Positions 26,286 to 38,925 of a DNA stretch of 64,000 bases are shown piece after piece. Within the stretch, counting starts at the first letter, position 1. Every line of letters begins with the position of its first letter. The position numbers were made by a program, and so were the translations under genes. The notes below the pieces were generated by a model. It searched no databases. It had not been told where the DNA came from and saw only the letters and a list, made by a program, of their open reading frames with translations. The DNA comes from Phyllosticta citribraziliensis (taxonomy: Eukaryota): positions 434,001 through 498,000 of the forward strand of contig NW_027117348.1 of NCBI RefSeq assembly GCF_038025025.1. Direction: 5' to 3'.

Positions 26286-26993
26286 GTCAAATTATTTAAA
26301 TTAGGGCGGGGTAACGTGTTTATGTACTCACAGCTTGGTCTGTGCGATGACGCTGTGGCGCCCCTCCTCACTCGGCTCGACCAGGGCTGAGGGGAGGGAG
26401 CACCGGGTGGACCCTGTGGCGAGAAGCGAACCGCCAGGAATCTGTCAACAACATCCACCAGGACGTCTGCACTCCAGCCGCTCGACTCTCCCATTCTTTT
26501 TTCTTGAGACCCTCCGTCGAATTCACCTCACGGGCTATGCATCTCTCTTCGTCTCGTTGCCTGCTGCTCAGACACAAACTTGTCGCCCTCATTCTTGCGC
26601 GCATGCGCTACTCGTCAAAAGCTGGCATTTCGACTTCGACTGTCCGCCATGGCACAGAAAGACCTTGATTCAACCTGAAAACCTTGGACGAGGCTTCGGT
26701 TGTCGAGAATTTGAGGTTCGTCGTCCAGAAGTACTCTCACATCACAAACAGACAGCCCGTTACAGCACGCTGGTCCGACTACATCTTCTCGTCGTTTGTT
26801 TTCATGCCTGTTGGCAAAAAGACCGGGCTTTTGCTGTCTACTGACATGAGACGTCTATCATTCCAACACGACTACTCTTAGTCTTGAGGATCCAAATGTT
26901 GCTGGTTTCGCCGCGCGCCTCATCTTCATCCTACCCAGAACCGTCATCTTCGACCGCCTCACGATGGAAGCGTTTCCACGTCCTTCTCCGCCC

Positions 26994-28722
26994 TCAGTCC
27001 TTCGGCGAGATCTCAACCTTGACCCGCTCGCCCAGCCATCTCGGCATGAACATGTCTCGGAACGTCAACTCTGATGGGCTGCCCTCGTCTCAGTATCATT
27101 CTCTCACAGGTCGTGGTGTATCCTACCTCGATGCCGCCAGCTTCATATCGTTTCCGAATCGATGGATGACGTGCGCAAACGTCAGACGCAACTCTGCCCA
27201 TCCCAGACTGTGACCGGTCAGATTTGTTCTCCAGCTCGATGTTGTCAATCAACTCACGTGAGCCCCAAGCACATTCGTGGGCCTCGAGCAAATGGTACAA
27301 ACCAATTTTCCAACCCTGGTTCGTCCAGCCAGCGCTCAGGCTTGAACGAATACGGAGAGGGGAAGATGTCAGCATTCCTATGGACGAAGAAGCTTCCCAT
27401 TGATACGACTGTCTGCGAAACAATCAGTAACGGGATTTCGATAGGCTTGCTTGACTTACGCCGCCAGGAATTCTCTCTCCTGAGATGGTTGCACCCTCTT
27501 GTGGCACGACTCTCGGCAGCCCGGCTACGACACCAAAACTGAGCCTCAACGTCTCCTTGATGACAGCGTCCAAGTATGGCAATCTTTCTAACTCCTTTAG
27601 CCCCGGCGCCTTGTTCTTTCCGGACCACGCTGTTGTCAATTCGTCCGTCAATATTCGCAACTTTTCTGGGTTCTTGAGCAAATGAAAGGTCCCGATGGTC
27701 AAAGCCCATCCGACGGTCTCTGATCCTCCGAACAACAAAGACTGCGCCTCTTCCCACAGACTCTTCTCCCCAGGAGGCGCTTCGCCATCTGGATACGTCG
27801 CCGGGTCCATCAAGCGATGATATATCGTCATACCATGCGGCAGGCTTTCTAGAGCGCGCTTGGGATCTTTCATGACGTCTCTGACTTGGCTGTAAAGCAA
27901 CTTATGCAAATGGACCATGCCGGCCATTTCTGGGTTGCTCACAACCTTGGACAGCACAGGTGCCACGGCCAGAATCAGCGCCCTGTACAGCGGGAAATGT
28001 TTGAAGCGCAGGCCTATCGGGACTGAGGCATCCACGGCAACCAGAAACGGCGAGCGAAATTCAGGCTCCGCGAGCGCATTGACCGTGGTTCCAAAGCACA
28101 GGTACATTATCACATCTAGAGACAAGCAGCGGTATGCGAAGCTAAGGTCGACAGTCTTGCGAGTTTTGCGACAAGTCTCCAGGGAAGCGCAGAGCTCCCC
28201 AATCTTGTCGACCAGGAGCTCCTCGCACTGCGACACGGCTGCTGGCGAAAACGACTTGCCGATGATGTCTCTCCGCTGCTTTGCGGTGTGGTAGTCGATG
28301 TATCCGAACGAGGACTCGTCTTGGGTGAAGCTTCGGTAGAAGCGAGGATCCTTGTCCCAGCGGTTGCGTGCATTGTAAATCTCATGGTACGCCGACGGCT
28401 CGCAGAAATGAAGCTGACTTGTATGTTAGTCAAGATGCTCCCATATCATCACACACTGTCTACTTGCCTCGTTAGGCCCTACGCGCACCACCTTGCCGTA
28501 TCGAGCGTGCAGTTTCTCGAGCTCGTGAGTGAACGACTTTTCCTGCACACACTCGACCCACGCTTTCCAGTATCGCGTTGCCGCCGCCAGTCTGGGCCCG
28601 GGAAATCGCGCCAGAGGATGAAAGTAGACGTTGTACAACGCTTGCCAGGCGATCCAAGTGATGCCAATGGCAGCAGAGGTGAGCAGCAGCGTTGGAAAAG
28701 GAAGGCTGATGACCAACTCCAT
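26994..28722 (-). CDS. Cytochrome P450 monooxygenase (5 exons)
   Basis: N-terminal TM plus HPLARFPGP; VVRVGPNE|LHF; I-helix GGSET; K-helix KETLR; FKPERW; heme motif FARGPRMCLG; stop at 26996-26994. The first intron, 28414-28467, is GC-AG. Confidence 0.93.
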
Positions 28723-30592
28723 TTCCGCGGTTGAATTTCTTCGGCGTGAGAGAGCTCGATGACCGACAGCTCTGGATTTGCAGCCGGATGACTCTGTTTA
28801 TACAACGCAAGCATGGCGCGAGGTCAAAAATAGGCTTGGCCTGCTTCCCTTCGCTCGTCCGCTTAAGCCCGTCAAAGTTGGTCCGCTCTGCGCAAGTGTG
28901 GATTGGCTCAGGGTAAGGTTTCGTATGAGTTGGCGGGACGGACGGGGGAGACGGGACCAAACCGGCGGCGCCCACAAAGTCAATCCTGCATTCCTGACAA
29001 GAAGCTGACTTCCTAGCCCAAAACGCCATCATACTATGGTTTACGGCGCTCATCAATGCCTCATAGTTCTTTTCACGCACTGTCATGAACCACGACGCTA
29101 TCTTCAAGCGCGCTGCATTTGGATGCGTTCAAATCAGTAAGGTATTGAACGATGAGTACAGAGCTTGATCGCCAGCCTTGCCCAGCTCCCTCCCCCTAGG
29201 AGTCGCTGCTTCAATCCCACCAGCCCTCTACCGAAGCAAGATGATGAACTCTGCAGCGCTCTGCTCTCGGTCTACTTCTTGTCCGCCTCCCCGGAAGTCC
29301 ATCTTGTCGTGCTTCGCGATCCGGACTGCGCCTGGACTTGGCGCACCCTTTCCCCCTGCCTTTCGTTTTCGGGTTTCGGCCTCGTGTTGTTTTGCGTTGA
29401 TGTCCGCCGCCCATTTCCTCCGTTCCAGCTTGTTTCTCTTGGGCTTTCCTTCTCGTGTCCTTGTCAAATCTCGTCCTTTGGCCTCAGAAAGAGCTTGGAA
29501 AAGATTGACAGTCAAGATTTCCATCATGGTGTCTGTCTGGCCGACCGCTGGGCTTTGCATCGGTCCCTCTCGAGTATGGATTTGCGAATGTCGCTGCTGC
29601 TGATGTTTGGGGCGCTGTTTGTGGGGGTCGTGAGGAGTTGCTCAGAGTCTTGCAGTGCTTTTGCGACCCTTTTGAGTACGCCGAGGTGCTGTTGCCGGAG
29701 CCTGGCCAGAACGCCCACATTTGAACGCCGCAGAGACGAGTCTCACGCCGTAGGCATGGTCGAATGCCAGCAAAAAGCTTCCGAATGATGCTGCCGCCGG
29801 TCCATCCAGAGGTAGGCTCGTTGCGCTTGAAATTTGTGGGTGTCCGCCATGTCTGCGGAACAGATTGCAAAAGGCCCCGAGCTGCCTTCGCGGGATCTTT
29901 CATGGCGCTGATGGCCTATGCGCTTGTCGCTTTCGTTTCTCGTGAGGGCTGGATGCTTCGACTCGGAGAAAAGTGGCGGTCTGCTGGTCGCAGATTCGAG
30001 ATGCTTGCGAAGAGTTGCGCTCCACCCGGTGGTGTCGAGGAGTGCAACCTCCCAGCACTGCAGCTGCACGAGCTGTCTTTCAGCGCCAAAGATGTGTTCA
30101 GGAGCTATCCGTTTGTGTGGCATCCCGGATGCCACGTGCTGGTGCCAAAAGGGCCAAAGCTGCGAGAAGATCAGCGAACATGACGAATGTAAGCCCCGGG
30201 CTCTGGAAAACCGCGTTCGAATGGGAATGCAAGTCTTGCGAGCCATTCCGAGTCTGCAACGGGAAGTCAATCTTCTGTGCGGGCTTTCGCGAATCTTTTT
30301 GTTGCAGAATCTCCTTGTACTCACCCGAGATGCCATCAGACTGCTCCCACTTTTAACACTTTCCCGTGCCATCAGGCAGTTGGTTACACAGGCATGGTGC
30401 GAACGTCGGCGTAGCCACCCCAATGGCAAGTCCTCCCGCGCCGCTTGTCATAGGTATGCCGAGCATTCAGTACAGCCCTCTGATTTCTTCGTCGAAAGGT
30501 AAACACAACACCATCTCCCAGCGTCATCTCCGCACCCAACAACCATTTCCTCACCTCTCTCGTCCCCCCACACCATCTCGCAACACGCCACA

Positions 30593-31000
30593 ATGGGCAG
30601 GAAACGCAAGAGCAGCAAAGGGCCCAATCCCCTCAAGCAGATGGCTCGCCAGCCACGCCCGCCTCGAGAGCCAACGCCAGACTTACCAAAGCAAACCTTC
30701 GTCGTGGACGAGCGCGCCATGAACGTGGTGGAGATCATGTTTCATCGCGTCGACGGCCGCCTTCCCGGCGAGGTCAAGTGGACTGATATCCTACACCTGA
30801 TGCGCACCATGGGCTACGTGTCGACGAAGAGAGAAGGGTCGCAATGGCGATTCGAGTCGACCACCGAGGAGAACCTCCCACCCGTGACCTTCCACGACAT
30901 GCATGGCCAGCCTGTACCTCTCCGGCGCTTGTGGGAGAACGGCCGGTACTTACGAAGTCACTTCGGGTGGGACGTCGACTCCTTCGTGCTGGCCACCTAA
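30593..31000 (+). CDS. Small intronless protein with a HicA-like domain
   Basis: 135-aa ORF with a good ATG context (CACAATGG). VKWTDILHLMRTMGY..KREGSQWRF...VTFHDMH...YLRSHFGW resembles the HicA pattern (IKWxDI..L...G.....GS...F....FHxPH). Confidence 0.65.
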   Translation: MGRKRKSSKGPNPLKQMARQPRPPREPTPDLPKQTFVVDERAMNVVEIMFHRVDGRLPGEVKWTDILHLMRTMGYVSTKREGSQWRFESTTEENLPPVTFHDMHGQPVPLRRLWENGRYLRSHFGWDVDSFVLAT

Positions 31001-32759
31001 GAGGGGCGCTCCGGCGCCTCCTCACTTTTCCAGCACGGAGGAGGCCAGAGGTCGGCTCGCTGTTCTCGGTCTGACTGTTATGGTCGGGCGCAGGAATGGC
31101 CTTCTCTTGGAGATTCGGAACTGCTTGGACATCACTTGGGGATATCACGTTGGCGACTTGAGGGTTCGCGCGCCGACTGCACGCTCTCCCCGTCTGGCTA
31201 CGCAACGGGACCTAGCGGGAACATCATAGCAAGTAAGTCTCAACCCAGTCTCGGTAGATCTCCATCATCCATCGATACTGACATCTTGAGATCAGACGAA
31301 AGTCGAGCACGCGAGCCTGAAACTGTACCCTGTCACCATTTTGGACCACAATTCCCGCCGCGCTACCTGCTGTCGACCTCTGAATCACGACCTCACATCC
31401 ACCAAGCGCTCGGGCGGCTGTCTCGAATAACATTGCCTTTTTGCCGCCATTCCGTTCGACTACACCGAGACCCTGTATATCCCCGAACACACATGAGCAC
31501 CCCCAGCCTGTACATCCCCCACGATACGTCTTCGGCTTTGTCCCCGCGCTTCAAAAAGTACTTGCTGCTACAATACCTAATTTCATAATGCAACGGCCAC
31601 ATGAGTATTTGGCAACCCGGGCAACCGCGGCGACCCAGACAGCCAGCCTATTGGGACCATCGGACCTCGAATTCATCGCTCGCGCCCTTCTTCTGCTATT
31701 CTGCAATCGCTTGGCTCCGGTCAGGCTGTCTCGACCACAAAAAGTACGAACAAAACGGCATTGTCTGGCAACATCGCGGCCCTGTTTTCTTCCTCGGTGC
31801 TTTCGGTTCTGAACGACATCGCATTGTCCAGCAACAACAAGTTCGTCTTCGCCTTCTTTTTGCGATGCTACGTTGAAGATGGGCATCAACTCTGTGGGAT
31901 ACCTGGTTCGGTCGCTGCTGTTTCCGCCGGCCTTACTGCAGCACTGGGTAGGTCTCTCCCACAGCCATCCCTCGACGGCTCTCTGGCATCCATGACCAGG
32001 TGTACGCATCGGTTCCCGGCTTTCCGCGCGCGGTCCACTTTGCTTTCCAGAGCCTCCCCTACGAGCGCCGCACCACAACGAAAACAAACATGTCCGAGCA
32101 TGCAGAGCACAAGGCAGAAACTTCAAAACAACAAAAAAAAGCACAAAAGTTCGAAACAGGATCACAAAAAGAAAACGGGAGGAAGGGAGTCGAAAATACA
32201 AGGTCAAAGACAAACAGAACGAGCAGGTAGAGTGTCTTGTAGGAAGACGAAGAATATGGAGTATGGAACCGACGGTATGGGCATGAGGTGCATGCACACT
32301 GCCACCAAAATTCTTGTCAAAACCGTGCTTTTTGAACGTTGTTGCCAAGTGTACAAGTTTCCTTCGTCGTACTCGAGCTGTGCTTACCGCTGACGACGGG
32401 GGAGCTGCCTCTTTCACTCGTTGTCAAGACGCTTTTCACGAACCGTGAGTTTACAGCCCACGCGCCCGAAATGGCGAAGAAAGGGCTGGCAAGTGAACTC
32501 GGTGGTCAGGCTCGGCGGTTCTTTCATGAAACACTTGCGAACCATTTAGACAGCAGCAAGGGATCAGACGAAGAGGCATGAGATGAATGATCGGTCGTTC
32601 ATCCTACTTGTAAGTGGCTTTTGGTTCATCACACACGTCAATTGCAGATGCAGTGAGTGAACATGGAGAATTGCATTTCATTGATTTCTATTCTTGAAAA
32701 ACTCCCTTGAACAAATGTCCGGTCCGTCGAACGTCTTGATCATCCCCAGCACATGATGT

Positions 32760-32925
32760 GCGCTCGGCATACAATGCCACTCGGCAGAACCACTTTGAAA
32801 ACTCTCGGCCTCTCAGGACCAAACTCGGCATTCAGCCACTCGGCAGGAAAAGGTGAGCCACTCTGAAAACTCTCGGTCTCTCAATCGTCAGGACCAAACT
32901 CGGCAATCGAAGCCACTCGGGAGCA
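32760..32925. repeat. Degenerate ~70-bp tandem duplication
   Basis: ccact(t/c)tgaaaactctcgg(c/t)ctctca..ggaccaaactcggca...agccactcgg occurs twice, with repeated actcgg(c) words. Confidence 0.7.
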
Positions 32926-32974
32926 GGAGGCTCAACCACTCCGGACAAAGCAAGAGGCGATGTCGTCGACTCGA

Positions 32975-33743
32975 TCACTCGGGCTGGTGATCGTCGGCGT
33001 CGGCGTCGGCGTCTGGGTTGGCGTTGTCGTTGGCGTTGCCGTTGGCCAAGACGTGCATGAACACCTCGAGACGGCCCAGACGGACGGCGAGAACGTCGTT
33101 TGCGGCCTGCAGGCGGCGGCGGTCGAGCTCGCGCTCGCGCTGCTCCTCGCCGAGGGCTGCCCAGAGGTCTTGGATTTGCCTGTCGCGGTCATCGGGCGAT
33201 CTGGGCCGGAGAACAGGCGACCTGTGTCGGAGAACGGGCGACATGGACCGGCCTCTCTCGCTGCGTAGGGGGGATTGACTTCGTCCACGCAGCACTCCAC
33301 GGTGGTGGTCATCATTGGGGTTCTTCTGAATCCCACCACCGTAATACTCGCCCCAGTTCCCGCGAGGGATCTGGGGGCACTCGCGACCCACATGCTCACC
33401 GGTGTGGCAGTGGTAGCACTCCCGGGTACATCTGCGCCAGCCGACGTGTTTTCTTTGGCCACAGCGGTAGCAGGCACCCTGGCTTGGCCTAAGAGACTAC
33501 ATGTTAGCAAGCTTCATGTGGTAGGGGTAGGGGTAGAGGCAGAGAGGTAGAGAGGTAGAATGGTAAGTGGTAGAGTGGGAGATGGTGAACTGACTGATAT
33601 GGCCTTCTGTCGCGTTCGACATAGTGACCCTTGTCGCGGCCATTATCCTTGTTAGGCCTTCGCGGTGGCTGGCCGCCGCCACCGTGGGCACGCGCGATGC
33701 GCTGTTCGGGAGGGAGAAGTCTTTGGACGACTCGAGCTGCCAT
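32975..33743 (-). CDS. Orphan 220-aa protein with tandem CCHC zinc knuckles and a coiled coil (family member A)
   Basis: Exon 1 33743-33595 (MAARVVQRLLPP...GGGGQPPRRPNKDNGRDKGHYVERDRRPY), phase-2 intron 33489-33594 with GCTAAC branch site, exon 2 QPSQGACYRCGQRKHVGWRRCTRECYHCHTGEHVGRECP...QIQDLWAALGEEQRERELDRRRLQAANDVLAVRLGRLE. Confidence 0.75.
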
Positions 33744-34059
33744 TTTGGCGAGCTGGAGTTTGGGGTGTGGAGGCGGGGAGGTGTGCAGAGGATGGATGAG
33801 AGGAGATGAAGTGGAGAGGAGGAAGAGGAAGAGGAAGAGGGAGAGAAGAACATCACCAGCCGAGGGCAGCACCAGAAGGAGCGGAAAAACCGGGAGCCGA
33901 GCGAAAGCAGCAGGCGCGTCCATCTGGGTGGTGTGGGTGGCAGAGGAAGGAAGGCAGAAGGCAGAAGGCAGCCTGCGGTGGTCGTCGTGCTTTGGCGGTC
34001 GAATGCTCCACGTACTGTACCCATCCTCAATCCTCCATCTCCACTCGCCCACCCCCAAA

Positions 34060-35054
34060 ATGCCTTCAACAAGTCCCTCCGGCTCCGGCCTCCCCCGAGT
34101 CAATCCTCTCGTCCTCCCTCCCTCCAGATTCCAATGGGGTGCTGGCCCCTCGACCCAGCCAGAAAATGCCGAGTCGGCACAACAACAGCAGCGGCCTGCG
34201 AGCAAGCGGCCAAGGCTTGAAGTCGTCGAGCGTGACGAGCCGAGTGACGAGCGTATGTCTCTCCATCTGGCTCTTTCAAGCCTTTCAAGGTTTCTCTCAC
34301 TGACTGACTGTATGGGACAGGCGATCTCATCCGCAAAGACCTCGCCGAAGCTGAAGAACGCGCCGAGGCATACCGGCTCCTTGCTCAGAAGTACAAGAGA
34401 GAGCGAGACGACGCTCGGAGAGCTCTGAAGCTTCGAGACGAGATTGAGCGGCTTTCGCCCTCTGAGCAGGTCCACGCAGGACCAAGTGGTGTTGGTGCCT
34501 CGCGCCCAAGCCGAGCCTTGCAATTGCAAGAAGACGTTCGGTCGACCTCGGGTTTGCCGATGCTGGGAGCCTCACAGCCAATTCCAGCCCCGGTACTGCA
34601 GGAAACAAGTACTGCAAGCCCAGCGTTGGCAGATGTGAGTCGAGACGACGACCGCGAGAACGACCCTTTCGGGTCGAAGCGTGCCGATACGCACAAGAAG
34701 CCCACCGGCATGACCGAATACGGGACCAAGCTTCCGGTCTGCTTGCTCCATCCTCGTCAAGGCAAACTGGGCGCTCAGGAGTTTCAGCGTCAATACCCAG
34801 AGCAATGGAGAGAGGTGTTGAAGGAAATCAGAAATTGGCATCGCGCTGGTAACCTCCCACGCTGCAAGAGTTGGATCAACACCAAGAGCAAACAATGTAT
34901 GCACACCTACATCAAGCTCAGGACGAAACTCAACTCTGAGCTCTGGAACGACGACGAGCCGCACAAGCGGGAGTGTCAGCAATGCGCTGCGAAAGAACAG
35001 TATTGCGTCGTTCTGGGGCCGAATGCCGACGAGCTCATCGTTTTGCCGTCGTGA
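34060..35054 (+). CDS. Orphan 308-aa protein with a coiled coil and Cys-rich C-terminus
   Basis: Exon 34060-34252 and intron 34253-34320 (GTATGT...CTGAC...CAG) splice in frame to ORF 34518-35054. Helical LAEAEERAEAYRLLAQKYKRERDDARRAL; C-terminal C-x10-C...CQQC-x6-C; SKRPRL may be an NLS. Confidence 0.7.
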
Positions 35055-35069
35055 TCTTGGAAAGGCATG

Positions 35070-35316
35070 GCCTTCTCTGAGGAGTACCATCATCACACCA
35101 CTGTGGTGTTGCGAGATCTGCATCTGCAGGAGTGTGGTCTGAACGAACTACAAGTCTGAGTCTTTTCTCAGAAGCCCCCCCATCATACGCCGATGATGGA
35201 GGAAGCTCTGCCCCGGCAGGTGAGTGCTCTGAATGAGCCACGAGTCTGAGACTTTTCTCAGAAGTCCCTCGTCATACCTTGATGATGGAGGAAGAAGCTC
35301 TGCATCTGCAGGAGTG
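35070..35316. repeat. Degenerate ~88-bp tandem repeat (2-3 copies)
   Basis: gtctgag(t/a)cttttctcagaag...catac...gatgatggaggaag..ctctgc occurs near 35155 and 35244; ctgcatctgcaggagtg occurs near 35118 and 35300. Confidence 0.65.
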
Positions 35317-37739
35317 ACAGATTTTGTCGAGCATGTCCATTGGGGAAGTGGAAAGCTGTTTTGCGGAAACAGAAATCGAGCACTGTATTGACATGGGCGC
35401 ATTTTGATTCTCCTTGCGAATAGATTTCCGCTGGAATTGATTGCTTGTTTCTGCGTCCATGTGATGAGCTTGCCCGTGACATGTCGGGTGCGTCGACTTG
35501 CTTTCTCTCCGACAAGTTTCAGCGTGTTGCTGTCTTTTCCAGCCCATCGTGACGCCTCTTTTGTTCCTTGCGCCCCCGGCCATTTGCAGGTGACAACAAA
35601 GTCCACCCATTCACCTTCGTTGGCTTGTGCGATTGAGAAATAGACGTCTGCTTTGGCTCTACGAGGCGACCTAGTCGAAGCGAATTCTGCGCTAGCCCCT
35701 GAATGCTCCTCACGCCGCCCGGCCCCATTGTTCGATACTGGTGATGCTGACGACGGAGAGGGAGGGAGTCCGAGAAGGAACATGGTCGTGGCGAATGATA
35801 CTCAAATGAATGCACGAGGCAAAGCCATCGTCCGGTATGTATTTTATACGATATGCAACGCTCGCGGCGAAGCAGCTCGTTGCACCTCTTTACAATTAGT
35901 TGCTGCAACGCAGCCCTGTCAAGTGCTGCTCAAGCCTGGCGGCTGGCTCAGCGACCATCACTACCTCACGCTGGAAGGCAGAATTGCAGCTGCAAGCCGC
36001 AGTCAAACGAAAGGGAGCGCGTCGTCGCGAGCGCGAGGCAATAAGGCAACAAGGCACCTTTCCCAATCGGGTAATTTTGCGCAACTTCGAACGTCGCGAG
36101 CTGGCGGCCAGCCTGGCGGTGGAACAGCAGAGCAGCGAGGCGAAATGGATGAGCCACATGCTCTTTTTCTCCATCTCTCTCAATCAGGTCGGCTGTCACA
36201 AGCCCATCGTGACCGACCGACCGACTGCCTCCTCGCCTCCGCATTTCGGCGGCATGTGCTGCTGGCCACTCACTCACTCACTCACTCACTCACTCACTCG
36301 CCAGCATTGAAGCCCAGGTATAAAACCACCTTCCCTATCCTGCTCGCTTCTATTTCGTCAACACACCCGTGGGCGCGCAGCTCCTCTGCTGACAGAAGTT
36401 GAAGGAACGGACGACTGCGGACAAAGGTCTCTCACATCTGTGAACTGTTTGTTTTCTTGCGCTGTGTCTTCGTGGCTTCGTGGCCTGGCATAGACAGGCG
36501 GCGGCAGGGGAATGGAGATTCGGTGGAAGAGAGGGAAAGGAAAGGATGGAGGAGACGGCGTCGCGAAGTGATGATGATGGTGTTTTGCACGGCGGTCTCA
36601 CGCAGTGAAGCACGAAGTCAGACAGGCGTTGGACTCGTCGAAGAAGCCGTAGCGCCATTCTTCCAACACGCAGCAGTCCACGCAGACCCGGTCCTCCCAA
36701 GAGTACGCGATGTTCGAAGCATAGTGCAAGTGGGCGTAAAACAGGCACCTCCACTGCTGTCGAGGGAATTGAGGAACCGAGACCTTACACTTCAATCGCG
36801 CCTCTTATACTCCCGCCCCCCTGCCCAGGTGCGCGCACGAGCCAAACCTCCTCCCTCGCTCACAGACCCAACACATGACAATATCCGTCGCCGGCATCGG
36901 CATCGGAAACAGCATCAGCGCATGCTCATCATCCGCCATGAGTCCTGCCATGAGCCCTCGCCACGAGACCTGACCAGCCACGAGCCATCGGAGCCACCTG
37001 TAACCAGCAGACCAACAGAGCCAACGGTATAAAAAACCCCCAGCTCTTCCCTCTCCATCGACCCCATCACACCAACGCGCCGCCGGCGGCGACGAGACAA
37101 GGGGCCGCGGGACCTCCGTCAATCACTGCGGTTGGTGGCTGGTCTCGCGCGCCTCAATTCACTCTCGTCGACTGTGGCTGGTGGACTGGATGGATGTGCT
37201 TACGTTGTCGTCGGTCGTCTGGGTCCAGGATTTCGGCATTGGCTTTGGAGTGTAGATGATCAGCTTTGGTAGATAATGATGACACTCAGGGCGATGGTGG
37301 CGATGTTGGGGAAGAGAGGGGGCGCAAGCAACGTGAACGACATGTCAGACACTGCCAGGTCAACACGCAAGCACAGCCTTCGCAATCTGGGGACGAGTTG
37401 AACGGGACGAGGGAGGTGTTCGAACAGCAACAAGTCTTTTCGATTCTCATGTCGTCTACTGGCCGATCTTGTACATAGCCGCCAGTCTCGCGGTGTAATT
37501 TTCTTTTTCGAGCCAACTCGCGCAACAACAAAAAGAAACCCAATGAGTAGCGGAAAGAGAAAACAGTTGCATGAATCGGAAAAACGACCAAAACCACCGA
37601 GACGAGAACAGTGCCAAAAGGAGCGCCGAAAGCTCTGGGAATAAGAAGAGAACGAAGAAGGGGACCGGGCGCGACCGAAACCGCAAATCGGGAGGGTCGA
37701 GGGAGGAAAAACCAGTGCAATCGGACGTCTCTACGGCCT

Positions 37740-38925
37740 CTAGTCAAAGCCGCTCTTGAAGGTCATGCGTGCGTCCTCGCCGCTCGTGAACGGCACGCCC
37801 AGCTCAAAAAGCCGCATGACGCAGTTGCTGAAGTCCTTAAACCACAACTCCTGGTCCTTGGCGTACTTCTCGACCCAGGACTTCATCTTCTTGTCCTGGA
37901 TGAGGGCCATGTCGGTGGGCAGCATCATGAGGCTCTTGGTCTTGACGTCCTCGAACTGCTTGGGCCCGTTCCACTTGCGCCACTGCCACTTCTCGTCGAG
38001 CAGCAGCCGGTAGTAGTCGTTGGTCAGGGTCGTCGGCGAAAACGTCCACGGCCCGTCGAAGCCAGAGCGGTCGGCGTGGCAGCGGCCCAGCGCATGGGCG
38101 CCGCTCAGCGCCACGATTTCCTGGTCGTTCCAACCCATGCGGCCAAAGATGGCGCGCAAGTGGTTCTGTTCTTTGGCGCCGTCTGGGAGACGTCCGTCGG
38201 GGGTGCAGGCTGACACGTCGCGGTCAGAGCGGCCTGGTCGCCACGGGACCTTGGGGCCCTGCATTTCTTGAACTGCTGCTACGCCTGCCAGCGTCCAGAG
38301 GTCCGAGTATGTGATCCAGGGAAACTGTTGCTTGATGGGCTCAAGAAAGTCGCGAGCGGCCTTGAGACCAGCGTTTGCGCCGTGATCAGCCTCGGGGGCG
38401 AAGCGCATGGTGGCACCATTTGAGCCGCCAGTGCCAGTTTCCTTGTCGTAGCTGCGAATTGTTAGTTAGAATTGTCACTCGTTCAAGGAATGGTTGGGCC
38501 ACTCACGTTCCGCTGGCGTGCCATGCTAGACGAAGCACGACCGGACCGTAGCTTCCATCGTCGTAATCGTCATGCTCTTCCAATGCCTTGGCGACGGCGT
38601 CATACACCTTTTGGTAGTCCTCGTACTTTGGAGTAAAGTTGGCGAACGACGCTGAGTCGGTAGACTTTGCGCCGAATGCGGGGTTTGTGGAGTAAGCATA
38701 GTATCCGGCCCCACCAAGCACGGCGAGGAGACCTCCAATGAGGACGTTGTTGTTACTCTTTTTGGGAGAGCCGCCCTCTGATGAGTAGCCCCGTCGAGAT
38801 TGTTGGCGGAAAGCTTGGCGAGGGACGGCGATGCGTGCAGAGCGCGTGGCGGGTGTCTTGATGGAGGACGAGGCGGAACGCAGCGCGGCGTTGCGAGCAA
38901 ACAGCGATCTCGCGGCGGAAGCCAT
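37740..38925 (-). CDS. CCP1: Mitochondrial cytochrome c peroxidase
   Basis: Arg/Ser-rich presequence plus TM segment; [64 protein letters not shown]; intron 38452-38506. Confidence 0.95.

Noticed and set aside
29165..30500. Possible upstream exons for the HicA-like ORF, or a decayed minus-strand gene
   Set aside because: I could not join the fragments into a consistent spliced frame.
32975..33743. Zinc-knuckle ORFs as Gag of an active retrotransposon
   Set aside because: They contain spliceosomal introns, and no RT, integrase, LTR or target-site duplication is visible nearby.
35650..37700. ORFs near TATAAAA (~36319) and a (CACT)n microsatellite
   Set aside because: No recognisable protein; a small gene or ncRNA cannot be excluded.
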